Shown: positions 11,787 to 26,887 of the stretch, in pieces
Numbering within the stretch: position 1 is the first letter of the stretch
Layout of the letters: every line of letters begins with the position of its first letter
Source of the DNA: Octopus vulgaris
Taxonomy: Eukaryota
Assembly (NCBI GenBank): GCA_951406725.2
Contig: OX597817.1
Span: forward strand, 67,828,001 to 67,892,000
Reading direction: 5' to 3'
Length of the DNA: 64,000 nucleotides
Made by a program: the position numbers and the translations under genes
The notes under the pieces: generated by a model
The model's input: only the letters and a program-made list of their open reading frames with translations
Databases searched by the model: none
Told to the model about the DNA's origin: nothing

Positions 11787-12215
11787 TGTGCAGGCACAGG
11801 ACGTCACGAAATGTGTACGACAAAAAACACGAAGTACGAGTACGTGGAATATGAACTATTTTATCAAGTAACGAAAGACACAAATGGAAAACAAGACAAA
11901 CAACATAAAGAACGACCCTTCATCAGTTGTTGGCTGTTTTTGTACTCTCGAATTTCGAGCATTTAACAATAATATACGCTTTCGATAAGATAGTTGCTCC
12001 CGCAAAGTAAATTAAATAAAATTTGGGATTTTGCGGAGCGTCAAAATTGGTAATACAAACAGGACAGTGAAAACAAATAGGAAGGACTGCTAAGCCTAAA
12101 CGAGGTTGTGGTGGCGAACGCGTAAATCAAGCTTGGACTGGAGACAGACAAGAACACGTCTTCCTTGTTCCACCTACAACGGAGAGAAGAAAGATGGCCA
12201 ATGATCTTAATCAGA
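11783..12215 (-). mobile_element. Family D repeat (copy D2), motif at 11915-11978
   Basis: Minus strand CGTAT-A-TTATTG-TTAAAT-GCTC-GAA-ATTCG...CAACAA-CTGATGA-AGGGT, with 3' end TGACGTCCTGTGCC. Confidence 0.8.
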
Positions 12216-12224
12216 CCACGTATA

Positions 12225-12446
12225 TGTATGCGTGTGTCTTTGTGTTCACATCCCTGCACCGCTTGACAACCGGTGTCGGCTTGTTTTATGTTCATGTAAC
12301 TTAGCAGCTCGGTTAACCAGACAGATAGAATAAGTACCAGACTATAAAAAAGTACAGGGGGTCGATTTGTTCGACTAAAACCCCCCAAGGAGGTGTTCCA
12401 GCATGGCCACAAGTCCAATGACAACAACAAATAAAAGATAAAAGAT
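12225..12446 (+). mobile_element. Family A SINE, 3' half
   Basis: CGCTTGACAACCGGTG...GGGGTCGATTTGTTCGACTAAA...GGTGTTCCAGCATGGCCACAAGTCCAATGAC. Confidence 0.85.
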
Positions 12447-12486
12447 ACTATACGATATTTTTTCAATTAAATTGATATCCGTTTCA

Positions 12487-12553
<67 letters not shown>

Positions 12554-13767
12554 ACTGGTTTATTAAAAATTTCAAGCTGATCTAATCAGTTAAAAAGGGA
12601 GGATTTGTTTTCATCGGAAATTTTGAAAACATTTTCATGAGTTAGTAAGAGTGTTAGTAAGAGAGGTTAAGCAGTGTCGATGGCTTTTCCCAGGACGTAC
12701 AAACAGGACTTGATGAGGAAAGAGAAAAAGAAGAAAAAAACGCAAATCAAGGGGTTTTTTTTCCTTGTAGAAAGCATCAAAATGTTAGGATACCTGACTG
12801 GATTGCTTGTTACAGATTAGACCCTACTAAAGACACCCAAGGGTCAGTTGGTGTACCTAATAAAATGAACCGAGAACATCGAACACAAATCAATTTGATT
12901 CATTATAATTCTAGAAATGGCAATATTTTGCTAGAAAGTTTTAACGCTAATTCCATTACTTTCAGCAATATCAACCAATTAAAGAGATAATTTTAAAACG
13001 GTGACATGAAATGTCTAAACTTTCAAAACCCTTACCAATAAAGGCAGTATTCTAAACAGACTGTTAAATGTCAGAAAATTGTGATTAATGGCATCATTAC
13101 AAAGAGAAACCCAAAGACATGCTGAGTTTGAATTAAGATAGATTTTCACAAGAGATAAAAAGATATGGATTTTTCTTTTTTCCCTTTATTTCTTTTATAA
13201 TTTTTATTTTATTTTATTTTATTTTATTTTATTTTATTTTCAGCTGTTAGTTACTGTTAAAAGTGTCAGATGTGTTTGTATTATCGTGGAAGTACATCTG
13301 GATTTTTTTTATTTATTTATTTTTGGTTGGTTGGTTGGTTGGTTGGTTGGTTGGTTGGTTGGAGAGCTATACCTAAAAGAATCCGAACTTATTGTCTGAA
13401 ACATGGCTCTAGTATTTTCACCAAGTTGAAAGGAAAATAAAAACAAAAGGGCTACAGACAGCCGAGTAAAGAAAATAAAATTGAAAAGTGCAGAAGGGTG
13501 CGTGTGAAGAGAAAAGTAAAAATCAAATTTAAAAAAAGAATTAAAAATACAAAAGAAATTAACAGAATAAGGGTGTAACTGAAATAATGTACGCAAAAAT
13601 GCGAAAAAAAGGGGAAAATTTAAAAAAACCGACAACAAAACGGGAAATATGAGACAGAAGAAGCGATCTTCTTAGTCTTTCGTTACTTCAAATGTACGTG
13701 AGATGTGACTATTTGGTTAATTCTATCAGGGATTTTACTTTTACAGAAGGAGAAAGTGAAAGTACAA

Positions 13768-13822
<55 letters not shown>

Positions 13823-13865
13823 ATGGGGGTGCGTATGGACATACGTATATACATAATAAACATAC

Positions 13866-13896
<31 letters not shown>

Positions 13897-13901
13897 CATA
13901 C

Positions 13902-13947
<46 letters not shown>

Positions 13948-14006
13948 CCACGCTCACATACATACAAACATACACATATATGTGATTAGGGAGAGAGAGA
14001 GAGGGG

Positions 14007-14040
<34 letters not shown>

Positions 14041-14334
14041 GGAGAGAGAGAGAAAGAAAGAGAGTTAGAGAGAGAGAGACTGCGGAAGTTGAATGAAGTT
14101 AATAGGAACGAGAAAGATGAAATTAATGAAAGCTTTGGTGGAAAGCGAGAAAATTGCAAGGAAAGATAAGTTGAACCGTAAATCTATCAGAGAAATGGAT
14201 TGGAAATATATTCAAGGAATCTGAGCAAGAAATTCTTCACCGAAAAGAAAAGTAAAAAAAAAGAAACGAGAGAAAAAAATAACAAAAAAGTAAATATGAA
14301 AGTAAAGAGTTAAGTTGTGAGATTGAATGAGATT

Positions 14335-14379
<45 letters not shown>

Positions 14380-14553
14380 ATCTGAATATACATACATATA
14401 TGCGTGTATATGGTTGTGTATATACACATATATATTTATAAGTATATACGTGAGGTATGTACATAGATATATGTATGTATTATATAAACATACATATCAC
14501 ACACACACACACACACACACATAAATATATACATATACATATAGTTACATATA

Positions 14554-14935
14554 TCTCTCTCTATATAAACGGCAGTTTGTCTGTGTGTGTTTCTGTGTGT
14601 CTGTTAGGTTGTACCCTCACCGTGACCACAGCTTTCAACCGATTCTGATGAAACTTGACACATACATAGCCCAATGTCATAATTCAAAACTAACGCAGCG
14701 AAAATTTTGAAAAGTTCCCCCAGTTCTGAAAAAAATCGATAAATTCGACATGGGGTCGAGAATCAGAAACACAAACCACAGACTGTCTATGGGACGCAAC
14801 TCGACCTTTTTAACTCAAAAAAATTTACCATCATTTTTCCCCCCATTTTTTTGCTATTTTTTGGCTATAACTCTCTAAAAATGCTTTATAGTTATTTCCC
14901 TTACAAACCCGAGCAACGCCGGGCGATACTGCTAG
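14554..14935 (+). mobile_element. Non-autonomous Helitron
   Basis: 5' A|TC start, 3' GC hairpin CCCGAGCAACGCCGGG (14908-14923) followed by CTAG|T, no TSD. Confidence 0.85.
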
Positions 14936-15191
14936 TACATATATATATATATATATACAGACACATGTATAAATATATATACATATATTTATACATATAT
15001 ATATACACACACGTATGAATATATATTTGATGTATACACACACCCATATATATATATATATATATATATATATCATTTATATATATATAGTTATACGTGT
15101 GTATATATTTGTGTATGTATGCTTGTATTTATGCATGCACGTTGTATGTCTATGTATGTATTTAAGTTTGTATATATATATACATACATAT

Positions 15192-15238
<47 letters not shown>

Positions 15239-15262
15239 AGTATGTATGTACGTGTGTGAGAA

Positions 15263-15328
<66 letters not shown>

Positions 15329-15704
15329 TGTGTGTGTGTGTGTATATGTGAATGCTAAAGGGAAAGAAATAGATAACGTGGTGGAGGTCGTGAGACGAAG
15401 TTGTGAGAAGTCAGGAGGAAAATAATAGAGACTGTCAGAATATGGTGATGACAGCAAGCAACAGTGATTCATTCTCAGCAACTGGTTTGCTTAAATCTAG
15501 AGCTCAGCTTTCAAGAACACGGTTTCTTTGGCAGTCTACCATCACACGAAAGAACGGCACTAAATTCGTTTTGTTTTTGACTGTACTGAATGATGTTAGA
15601 TAACTTGCTTAACTAGCTCGGTCACATAGATAAATATAATATATAGAAATAATGCTGTGTTGCTTGTTTTGCCTATATTTTGCACTGGTTGGGTGAAGAA
15701 TTAA

Positions 15705-15746
<42 letters not shown>

Positions 15747-16829
15747 TTATATATATGTATATATACATAGAGTAAATATTCAATTACACCACTACCATAT
15801 TACAATTGAACTTGAAATGTTATACAGTACATACTCCAGATGTTGAATTTAAATAAATATTACATTTCGCTGTCACCAACGCCAATTGAGCTAAGACTGG
15901 TAATAAATAAATAGATAGATAAATACAATAAAAGTAAAAATTAAAAATTAAAAAAATACAAACATTACATCCGCCTAATGAAGAATTGATGTATTAAGAA
16001 AATAGTTAACCCTAGTTTATCGTGTATTTTGCAAATGCAAATTGTATGGAATATGTAAGTTGTTTTTACCGATTAGCCTCAGATCAAAGGTATTCCAGCT
16101 ATGACCAAAGGCATTCTGCCTTTTTTCCTATATAAATTCAGTTACTTACAGCCAGTCTCCAGACTGTACTCCAAGGCCCTGCTGTCCCCTATTGTAATGA
16201 CTTCTGTTACCCATTGCTTCACAAAGACACCACATCTCTTCACTTCCCGTTATCTTTGTGGTGCCCACTCGAAATACCGACCCGCACTAACCCATATCTC
16301 AAATCCTTCTTCTACAGATCAATCGGTCTATCGACGTATGGAGTTCTCTTTCAGCCTTGGCTTTCATGCAAGAAGTACCTGTAACAATTGAAACAGAACA
16401 TTTCAGAATCAAATTCTTGAAAGATGTACAAGGATAATGGATAATGTTGCTTTCTCCAGATTCACCAAGCAAAAAAAAAAAAAAAAAAAAAAAATTGCTT
16501 AAGGAACTCAGAGCAACATTATCTTAGACGGTAGGTAATTGAAGGGTATTTGAGTGCTTTTTCTATAGGTATGTGTGCAAAACAGGCACGGCTGCGTCTT
16601 TTTGTAGTTCACTTCGCAAACAAGTGATTCCAGGTTAGAGCTCACTTTATGACACATTTGACAACTGTCATTCTTTTCCTAATACGCAGAAACGTACATA
16701 CATACATACATACATACATACATACATACATACATACATACATACATACATACATACATACATAATTTTCGCCGTATATTGATTATAGAAAATAGTCTGA
16801 TATTAGGACATATAAGCCCCCCGATAGGA

Positions 16830-16915
16830 AGAAAAAATGGGCGTGACTAGGTGTGGGAATGGAACCCACATCTATTTTCGTTATGAGTGTGCTCACCGAT
16901 TATACCACCATATCC
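16830..16915 (-). other. Degenerate tRNA-like SINE head
   Basis: Minus strand GGTGGTATAATCGGTGAGCAC (A-box-like) and GGGTTCCATTCCC (B-box-like); no intact cloverleaf. Confidence 0.35.
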
Positions 16916-16942
16916 AGGTCATTATTTATATAGATAGATGAT

Positions 16943-17158
16943 GGCGGCAAGCTGGCAGAAACGTTAGCACGCCGGACCAAATGCGTAGCCGTATTTCGTC
17001 TGCCGTTACGTTCTGAGTTCAAATTCCGCCGAGGTCGACTTTGCCTTTCATCCTTTCGGGGTCGATAAATTAAGTTCCAGTTACGCACTGGGTCGATGCA
17101 ATCGACTAGTCCCCTCCCCTAAAAAGAAATTTCAGGCTTTACGCCTATAGTAGAAAGG
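16943..17158 (+). mobile_element. Family B SINE, monomer with 21-bp TSD
   Basis: Flanked by ATTATTTATATAGAT(A/G)GATGA at 16921-16941 and 17159-17179. Confidence 0.92.
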
Positions 17159-18705
17159 ATTATTTATATAGATGGATGAACCACATCCACTCACTCCCAG
17201 CATGCCTGCTTCTGACTGTTCGCATTTACACACATGCGCATGCTGGCACATGAGCGCACTGTCTATTATCTCCCTTGATATTGCTCTACAAATTCCGTTG
17301 CTCTCTCTCTCTCTCTCTCCGCAAAACTTCCATCATTCAACATTTGTTTCCACCTCGATCAAACTTATAATTTTACTGTATCTCTTGCAAAATTGGATCA
17401 CCTTTACTATCTGGAAACTTTGGCATCTCTAATTCAATTTCATTAACACTTTCAACCCGTGTAAACTAACTTTTTAAATTACTTTACCCTCTTTCTTTAT
17501 ATCCTTATAAATATCTTTTCAAATTTCTCTTCCACGTGTTATGTAAATACTTTTTAACCCTTCTGTTTCCATTCTCTCGTCCTGCATAAATTAACTTTTC
17601 ACTCCACATGTTTTATTCACATCCTTTTTTAATAGCATTCCCCTTTTATATCCTCTTTACAATGCTTTCTCTGTCTTACGACTTCTCCCGTCTCTTTTAA
17701 CAATTTCTTGCAGCAATTTCCACATCAAGTTCATACATTTTATTTTTCTGTCAGTCGTCCGTAGACGAAATTATAACATCTTCATGTCATAATTTTTTTT
17801 CTGAACAAAATTGTATCCGCTGGTTACAAGTCCTTGCTGAACGGTTAAATCTTTCAGAGATTATCTTCTCGATAGATTGTTTTTATTACAACTGGTGAGT
17901 ACCATCTACCCTTGTCTATGTAGACAGACCGCCGACTCTCCTGAGTTCCTCTGCCCTTTGACGGGTCTTGATTTTCATCCCCCAGAGTGTCTAAATATCC
18001 TCATAAAGTAAGCTGACCATGCTCCAGATTGTACTGGGTTACATGTTACCAGTGTCGCTGTTATCAGCAACCCTTCTGTTCCAATCCTCTCCGCCTTTCC
18101 TTTTCCATTTCAGTGACTCTAAAAAGCACTTTTTTCTCTGTACTTGTAGCTGTTTTTCGTTAAAATACTATTTTTCTTCAGTTTCCTTTCTTTATATCCT
18201 TTTCATAATCATCTCTCACTTTTGTAGCTCTCCATTTTCTTCCAATATTCACGTATTTTATATATTTTTTAAACCATTCTATTCTTCTCCGTTTTGTCTA
18301 CTCATTTTGCCTACTCATCCACGCGCAAATATTTTTTTATCTACTTATTTTCCCAACTTTATCCACTTTGTAAATTTTCCTCTACCTATACTTTATTTTT
18401 TTTTGTCTCACTTATTACACTGCTTTCTCCATTGTGTCCTCTATTTTGTTTCTCTTGCCACACTTCCCACTCACCTTTATCAAATGCACATCTCATTTTA
18501 CTCACCCCCAGCCAGCCAGCCACCTACATTCCACGCCGCTCACACCCTTATATCCATTTCTTTTCACACATATATGTACTCCTTTCACTTATATGTACAC
18601 AATTGCCAACTTCTTCCTCTCTTCTTAACTCGTCCTCATAGAACTGCATTCCCACCCAGCCCCAAACATTTTTCTTCCCTCCTTTCCATCACCCTTTCCT
18701 CTTCT

Positions 18706-18745
18706 TTTTTTTTGATGAAGGATACCATATCCGAAACGTCAAAAA
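18706..18745 (+). ncRNA. Minimal type I hammerhead ribozyme relic (C3 to U) in a Penelope-like pLTR fragment
   Basis: TTTTT-TTGATGA-A-GGAT-ACCAT-ATCC-GAA-ACGT-C-AAAAA. Stem II GGAT/ATCC, palindromic stem III, GUC site. Confidence 0.6.
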
Positions 18746-18915
18746 CTCATTTCCCATTTCCTTTTTCTTTTCAAGCGTGATACTGATAACACCTTTGTCA
18801 AAACTTCTCATGCTTGTGCTTTTTCACGTTTATGTTCATTCATGACATACATATATACATAAATACATATATAAACATAAATAAATAAATATATATGTGT
18901 ATATATGTGTGTGTG

Positions 18916-19007
<92 letters not shown>

Positions 19008-19028
19008 CACAGACAGACACATAGATAA

Positions 19029-19300
19029 TGTGGCTTTGTGGTTAAGATCTTCGGTTCATGATCGTAAGGTCGTTAGTTCGATTTCCGACGGTGTGTTGCT
19101 TCCTTGAAGCAAGACACTTTATTTCACGTTGCTCCAGTCCATTCAGATGGCAAAAATGAGTTGTATCTGTATTTCAAAGGATCGGCCTTGTCACATTCTG
19201 TGTCACACTGTATCTCCTAGAGAACTACGTGAAAGGTATACGTGCCAGTGAAGTGCTCAGCCATTTGCACATTAACTTCACGGACAAGCTGTTGTGTTGA
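19029..19300 (+). mobile_element. Family C SINE
   Basis: TGTGGCTTTGTGGTTAAG...GTTCGATTTCC...CAAGACACTTTATTTCACGTTGCTCCAGTCC. Confidence 0.8.
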
Positions 19301-19401
19301 TCAGATCAAGTGCAAACTTTACAGCCGTAATCGACGGAGCGCCATTTTCTTTTTCTTTTTCTTTTCAACTAGAAGTAGGATTTCAACGTACAATAGCGTC
19401 A

Positions 19402-19475
19402 GTTTCTTACATAATAGTAGTTAGGATTTGTCGCTTGTACCCAAGCAGCCTGGATTCGATTCCCGCCGTCGAAAC
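19402..19475 (+). pseudogene. tRNA-Glu-like degenerate sequence, probably a SINE head
   Basis: TAGTAGTTAGGATTTGTCGCT...GCAGCCTGGATTCGATTCCCG resembles the D and T arms of eukaryotic tRNA-Glu; anticodon arm disrupted. Confidence 0.5.
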
Positions 19476-20717
19476 AGTATATATTTAATGGAAAGTGCCT
19501 TAGTATGGTTACATGCTCTGACTGAAGCCAATAAAAGAAATAATAATTGTTTCTTGCATTAATTTGTTTCTAAAAAATAACAATATTTGAATAGAAATAT
19601 AGTTTACAATGACGTCAATGCTAAATATTTTGTAAACAGATGTTTCACGGCATCAATGATACATACAAACATACATACATACATACATACATACATACAT
19701 ACAGACAGACAGACAGACAGACAGACATACATACAAACATACAAACATACATACATACATACATACATACATACATACATACAGCCAGACAGACATACAA
19801 ACATACAAACATACATACATACATACGTACATACATACATACACACACATACATACATACATACATACATACATACATACATACATACATACACACATAC
19901 ATACATATATATCTATATATATCTATATATTACTACACTAATCTTTAAAAGTAATTAGCCTTTTGTGCACGTATTAGTTTCTGACAGAAAACTTGTGTAC
20001 GCATGCGCACAACACTCAGAAGCTATTGATCACCCAAGATACTCTCTCCCTCTCCCTCCCCCCCTTTCTCTCTCTCCCTATTTCTCTCTATCAATCTATT
20101 TCTCTTTCTGAAGGAAAGGGCTCCACAAATCTCACAGTCGTTTCCCAAAGTTATCTCTTAGTTGTACCGAACCCAGAACTATATGGTTGTGTAACGAACT
20201 TAATAAGCACACAGCCACCCCAGCTGTCCATCTTTCGTGCAGAGTTTTAAATTTACCAATAGAAGTCACTTAGAGAGAAAGGTTTAATGTTTCACCAGAC
20301 TGACTTGATTAAGTCTAGAGACAAGATCAAGAAAAAGAGACTTTCAATCTTGATAAGTTGTCTGTAAACTTCATTCATTTATTCATTGTAGTTAGTCTAT
20401 CAACACTCCAGCTACTGCGAAATGCTTCCAAAATTGATGGGGAGAAGGTATGTAGAGAGAACGAAAAGTGTTGATTGAAGCTAATTTCTGCAGGAATTTT
20501 TTTTTTTACCATAGCTATTTTGTGTATATTGTATATATTGCTCGCTCCCTAAAAGCGTCCAGCTCACTAAGTGAAGGGTGCAGATTATTTTTGTGTTTGT
20601 ATTTATAAATTGGAAATGGGTGTTATCAATTCGCTTAACTCTACATCTCAGTCGTACGTTAACAAGCCAACCAACGAAAAAAGGCTTTATGGAGTCACTC
20701 GACTTACAAGAAATTGG

Positions 20718-20940
20718 AAGAAAAATCCACTGTATATTGTCTTAAAATAGGAAGTACACCTTAACTAATATAATCTTATATAAACTGTATCTGGCAAAGG
20801 TTAGATGGTCACGGATGGAATACTTGTTAAGAAAAATCCTCTGTATATTGTCTTAAAATAGGAAGTACACCTTAACTAATATAATCTTATATACACTGTA
20901 TCTGGCAACGGTTAGATGGTCACGGATGGAATACTTGTTA
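20718..20940 (+). repeat. Tandem duplication, 2 x 111 bp, inside an old dispersed repeat
   Basis: AAGAAAAATCC...GGAATACTTGTT is repeated with about 3 mismatches. Related old repeat relics lie near 24790-25030 and 57000-57220. Confidence 0.9.
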
Positions 20941-21413
20941 AAAGTTGACCTGAGGCTAAATAACAAGATCATTATTGTTGACCCCCAACACTGAATGAAA
21001 TCAAAATCGTCGCCTGAACGAAGAAAGGGGATTTCTGAATACCACAGAGGGGATTATTAGTGTCATACAATAAATACTCTACACTATTTACTGAAGCCTT
21101 CTCCCGTGTATAACACAAAACCTATCACATTCTGACAAGCACGCACATATACATACATAAGTATATGAATGTATGTATGTATGTGTGTGTGTGCGTATAT
21201 ACGCATGCGCGCGCGCACACACACACACATATATATTGCAAATAAGAAAATGGAGAAGCACAATAGTTGGTTCATCAACTTTAGGACATTAAAATGTTAA
21301 CTAATTTATTTATCAAAACGACAACCATAATAACATACATATAGTATATTATTCTATGCATATAAAATACGAATACAAGCAATTATTAAAAAACATGAAT
21401 ACACAGACACACA

Positions 21414-21489
<76 letters not shown>

Positions 21490-23315
21490 ACTAGTGTCGC
21501 AGAAAGCAGCATTGTATAAATTTATGAATGTAAAATGGTATTTAATACGCCCGTGTACACTCGGACTTGGAGAGACCTTCTACTGTGAAAATAGTCCCAG
21601 TGAAAGACTCCTGTCATAAACAACAAGTGTGAAAACACATTGGATTATGAATGACATCATTGGAAGAGAGTGCACTTGCCTTACTGCATTGTTAAAGATC
21701 ATCAGCCACGAAAATCGAATAGCTATTCCTTCATATGGGGCTGTGAATGACTATTCGAAATTCGTGGCTGATCTCATTCATGGCCCAATGTATTTTCATG
21801 CATGTTGTCCATGAGTAGAGTTTTTCTCCTGAGATTATTTCCGCAACAAACGATCTTCCCACGTCCGAATATACACGAACGGGTTAAGCATAATTTTACT
21901 TGCATTGTGTGTGTGAGTGAGTGTGTGTGTGTGTGTGTATGTGTGTGTGTGTGTGTGTGAGTGTGTGTGTATGTGCGTGCATGTATGCATGTATGTATGT
22001 ATTTCATCCTGATACCACCAACAACTCACATTTGCGTGTGTATGTGTGAAATGTTTGAGTGCATACCTATAAACAGAAGAAGAGAATAGTGTGTAAGTGC
22101 CAGGAAGCAGTTGCGCTTATAACAACAAGTCTAGCCGTTATAAAATAATTATATAAAACTGTAACCCTAAAGCAATTTTAAGCTTATTTAACTTCTTGAA
22201 ACGATCGACTTCCCTAATGTGGAAAAAAGTAAAATGCTGTCACTCCTAAACGCATTATTCAATTTTATCAAATCGTCATTCTAGTTGGTATAGTCATAAA
22301 AATCAAGATTTATTATAAGCAATATCATGAGGTTTAGTAGGGGAAAACCTGAAACAAGATGCTAGCTGATAATTAAGGGGGTCGCCCTCTAGCAGACTAT
22401 TGATAATGAAACAGGGAAAGTCTTATTATATGGTACTATAGTTAAATATTTTAAACAATTTTGCTATGTAAACAGTTAAAGTTTAGGGTTATTCAAAGGA
22501 TTATTAAGAAGAATATTATAACAAAAGGATAGAAATTTATGAATACTTTTGAGTATATACCAAACTTCTTACCACAATAGCGGGAGGAAAATAAATTATC
22601 TAGAAATACTTTAATATTTATACATATTGTATACTTAAATACTAACTCATCAGATGGTATCTGTGAATATTGATTTTTATAACTATACCAACTAGAATGT
22701 CTGTCTACTACCTCAGCCCTACCCCTAACAGATACTGCCCTATGTTCTCCCAGCCTTAGATATACAAGGGATTTGATAAACTAGTCTATAAATTAAAACT
22801 GACCCCATAAAGACAAAAAATCAGTGGCAGGCAGAGTCTTCTTGATAATTTTAGTAACTTCTATGCTGAAGTAGAAACATGTTCTTTGTCTATCTCCTTA
22901 ACTTCTTGGAGATTTTAGGTATAATTATACTAATGTGTCCATCTGTTCTAATTTAATTAAATTCTATGTCTTTGTGCAGCTGAAGATTGCTCTACATTTT
23001 AAATTGATGTAATTATTTCATTGTTCAATTAAATGGAGTTGCATGAAACGATCGTACTGCATTACCTCTGGACATCCTTGTTGCTTATTTTGATTTTAAT
23101 CACCTTACTTTGAAATTGTATGGATAATACCGTACTAAATTATGGTACCTCAACTTAAGTACCATATTTATCTGAATCTAAATTTTTGCTGAACCATCTA
23201 CCATAGGGAGAAGTCTAGACGTCGAGGAGTCGAGCAGAGAAAGAGTTGAGTAGCCGTGAGAGTTGGGTTGAGTAGAGGGCATCCGAACGTGCGACATAAC
23301 AATATTATTTTTTAA

Positions 23316-23941
23316 TTGAACGCCACTCATCCATTTCGAAGTAAGTTTATCTTAACCTTTTTTATGCGACTCTACTCCCCCATCCTCTCTAATTCCCTTT
23401 TTCTCCATTTCAACGTTTTCTATCTGTCTCTCTCTCTCTCCCCCTCTTTCTCCTTTTCTCTCTCCCGTTGCTCACAAGTGACCACCGTCCATCTTTCATT
23501 TCCTCACGTGACCATCTTTCTTTCCTGCACGGACGTTCTAAGGACTGGACGTCTCCTGTCTCTCTCTTCTATCTTTTCCCTTTTCAAAGAAACTATTTCT
23601 CTTAGTGTTCACTATTTTCCCCACGTTCAGGTCTAACGACCCACCATGTTTATTTCCGTTCGGTTTCCCTTATGTCTCCACTGTCCTGTCTTTGTTCCTA
23701 ACTTTGGCTCTTCTTAAAATCCAAAATTTTAATTTGATATTTATGGGAGCAACTGTCTTCGAAGACTCATATTGTCATTGATTGCTCAAAATGGGGAGTA
23801 GATAGACAACAGAGAACTGTTGAAGGGCTGTTCTTTGTATTACTTGCCTTGTTTTCCCTTTTTTCTCGTTTTTTGCGTATTTAACTCATTTGTTTTCGTA
23901 TTTCATGTTGTTTACTGTTGGTGACGTCCTATACCTACATA

Positions 23942-23945
<4 letters not shown>
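23316..23945 (+). mobile_element. Family D repeat (copy D3, full length about 630 bp), degenerate motif at 23766-23828
   Basis: 5' end TTGAACGCCACTCATCCATTTCGAAGTAAGTTTATCTTA is shared with D6; 3' end GTGACGTCCTATACC plus (TA)n. Confidence 0.8.
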
Positions 23946-24242
<297 letters not shown>

Positions 24243-26847
24243 TAATATTTAAGTAATCCCATTCCCCCACTAAAAAAATAGTAATTGGGAGCCATTTTAA
24301 ACTTGCCTTCCACAGACCTAGAAAAAATACACCGTATTACAAAAATAGGTTACATGAAATAAAATGAGGTCGATAACAGCTGTTTTTCTTTTTCTTCAGC
24401 TCATCATCAAATCCGAAAATTTTCGTCATTGTTTATACGTTTCCTACACAGGCGTTACTTTTTTTCCGTTCGAAATTATATGGAAATAACAGTAAAATAA
24501 CAACAATAACAACAACAACAATAATAATAAACCAGCGAAACGTAGTGAAATGAAATAGAAAAAAGTATTGTAAGAATTTAACTGGCCTATATCCTATATA
24601 AATTTCATGCACATTTGTATACCGCCCACCATTGGTTGTAAACCCTGGCGCCATGTTCTACGACATTTGGGCAATAAGACTCGTATTTAATCGACGGCTA
24701 CTTCCTGTGTTGTGTCTATCTACATATTGCGGCCAAGCTGATGTGATCTCTCCAGGGCACAAAACTTACACTTAATGATACGAGTCGATGAAGGAGTTCT
24801 TATTTGGTCTGGCGACCTGCTGGATATAGCACCCGAATCTTTCTCAAAGTACACCCTACCTTCATTAAAAGAAAAAAAAAAAGAGGTCAATGAAAAACGG
24901 ATGACATTTTTCAATGACCTTATTTCTGACACTCAGACGGTATGGTAACGGCAGGAGTAACTTGATCATGAGTTTGTTTGTTCAAAGATTGCTAACCTGA
25001 GGCCAATCAAACAACTACAGCAACATCAACAAGACTCAACGATAAAAAGAATATATTGTTGTCTATAGAGCAAAATGAGCCCAAAAAGTATTGCCTAAAG
25101 CCAATAGTTCCAAACGAAGGAAAGATATGGTTCATTCTTTTAACATTTAAGATATCAAATCTGTTGTAACACCAGGACAAAGAAATTTAAAGAGTTCTCT
25201 TAATAATTTCTGCTTCTAATCTGATATCTAAGATTATTCCTAACACTTTTGAAATAATCCTCGTTGTTGTCAGACCTAATGGAACAAACGGATCAAAAGT
25301 CTCTGATCATCGGTTTAACCCATCAGATCTTTTTGTGGTGGTGGGGATGATGTATCAATTTAGAACTACTTTATCTAATGTACCGTTCCCTTTTGAAGTG
25401 CTATAAGGATTAAACAGAAATTTGGTTCCTTTTTCTACCGGATGATTACCCGCTTAGAGGTTCGCTCGTATATTCGTCTAATTTATGACATTCGTGTATT
25501 AAAATATTCTGATTTTTCATTCACTTCTGACTACTGAAAGTGATGTTGTAAAGTGCTCATCACTAACTAGAATTCTCTTGCTAATCAGTTATGTCAGCCA
25601 TAGAAATTGAACCACGCTATACGGTGCTGTTTATAAGATGTTGATCCCTTATATTACCAGTATATGTCTACCCACTCTCTCATTTATTGAGGTCTCATGA
25701 GAGCATTTTTTTAACTGAATACTATTGACACAAATATAATTTTTTAGGCATGGGTGCGCGGTTTAGACGCTTGGTTCGCAAGAACGCGATTTGGGGTTCA
25801 GTGCCACTGGACGGAACCATGGGCAAAAGCCTTCTCTCATAACTTCCAGATCAACCAATGCTTTGTGAGTAAATTTGGAAATTGTATGGCAGTCCGTCAT
25901 ACACACACACAAACACACTATATAAATAAATAAAAAATAATTTTCTAAACCTCCTCCTTCACCCATAAATAGTAAAAGTTCCACTCTTTTATGTTTTTCT
26001 TTTTAATCAGAGTTTAAAAAAACGGACAGTTCGAATATTTTGTTTAAATCCCAGCAATGGACCACCTTTTAGTGCATCATCATTCCATTAAATGTGTTTA
26101 CGAGGAGAAAAATACTGAAAAAAAAAACATTAATTCATGTCAGAGTGAGAAACTAGGAAGTTATCAGGTAGTCGTGAGATGTGCTAAAAAGTAACAGCTA
26201 AATCGCCCCTAAATCATACACCGAAAATTTTTTTCTTTCTTAATTGCATGAATACCCATATATAGAACACAAATTCGCAAAATGTTTCTTAAAATTCCAA
26301 AAAAATTAAGAAGCTATGAGGGGTTATATGAGGGTGCTCAAACTAGAACTCCGTAACACCCCCCCCCAAAAAAAAAAAACATGAATACCATTGTTAGAAT
26401 CTCTCTGTCACAACATGTTTCTTCAACTTGCTCAGCTTACTCAGCTTGCTGAGAAGTAGGTCAAAGAACAACTGGCTAAAGAGCAAGTGGTTTGTGTGAC
26501 CAATACTCAAAGACTACGGCCAACACTCAATCTAATATATCTTATTTCTCACCCTTCGTTCATTTCCCAGGCATCAATTAACGCATTTGGCACATATAGC
26601 GTTTATTAAACTGAGATGGCAATTTCGATTTGAATATGATTTGGCACGAGAATGGCTGCGTAAGTGGTAATTACGACTGGAGGGTTTACTAATCGTGTCA
26701 AGTGTAAGCGCTAAGTATGCACCGAGTGTAACAGGTTAGGAAAGTGAGTGCAGCAAAGAGTTTCAAGTGTGTCTTTTACACAACATTACATATACTTGTG
26801 TACGCACATGAAGGTGTATTAGGTTGTTTGTGCGTGAGTGTGTGTAG

Positions 26848-26887
<40 letters not shown>

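Noticed and set aside
14640-14660. CTGATGAAAC as a hammerhead core
   Set aside because: No room for stem II and no flanking stems; it is the common CCGATT.TGATGAAA motif of Helitron interiors.
18019-18780. 253-aa F/S/L-rich ORF resembling a membrane protein
   Set aside because: Stop-poor CT-rich strand of a decayed repeat; no domain recognisable.
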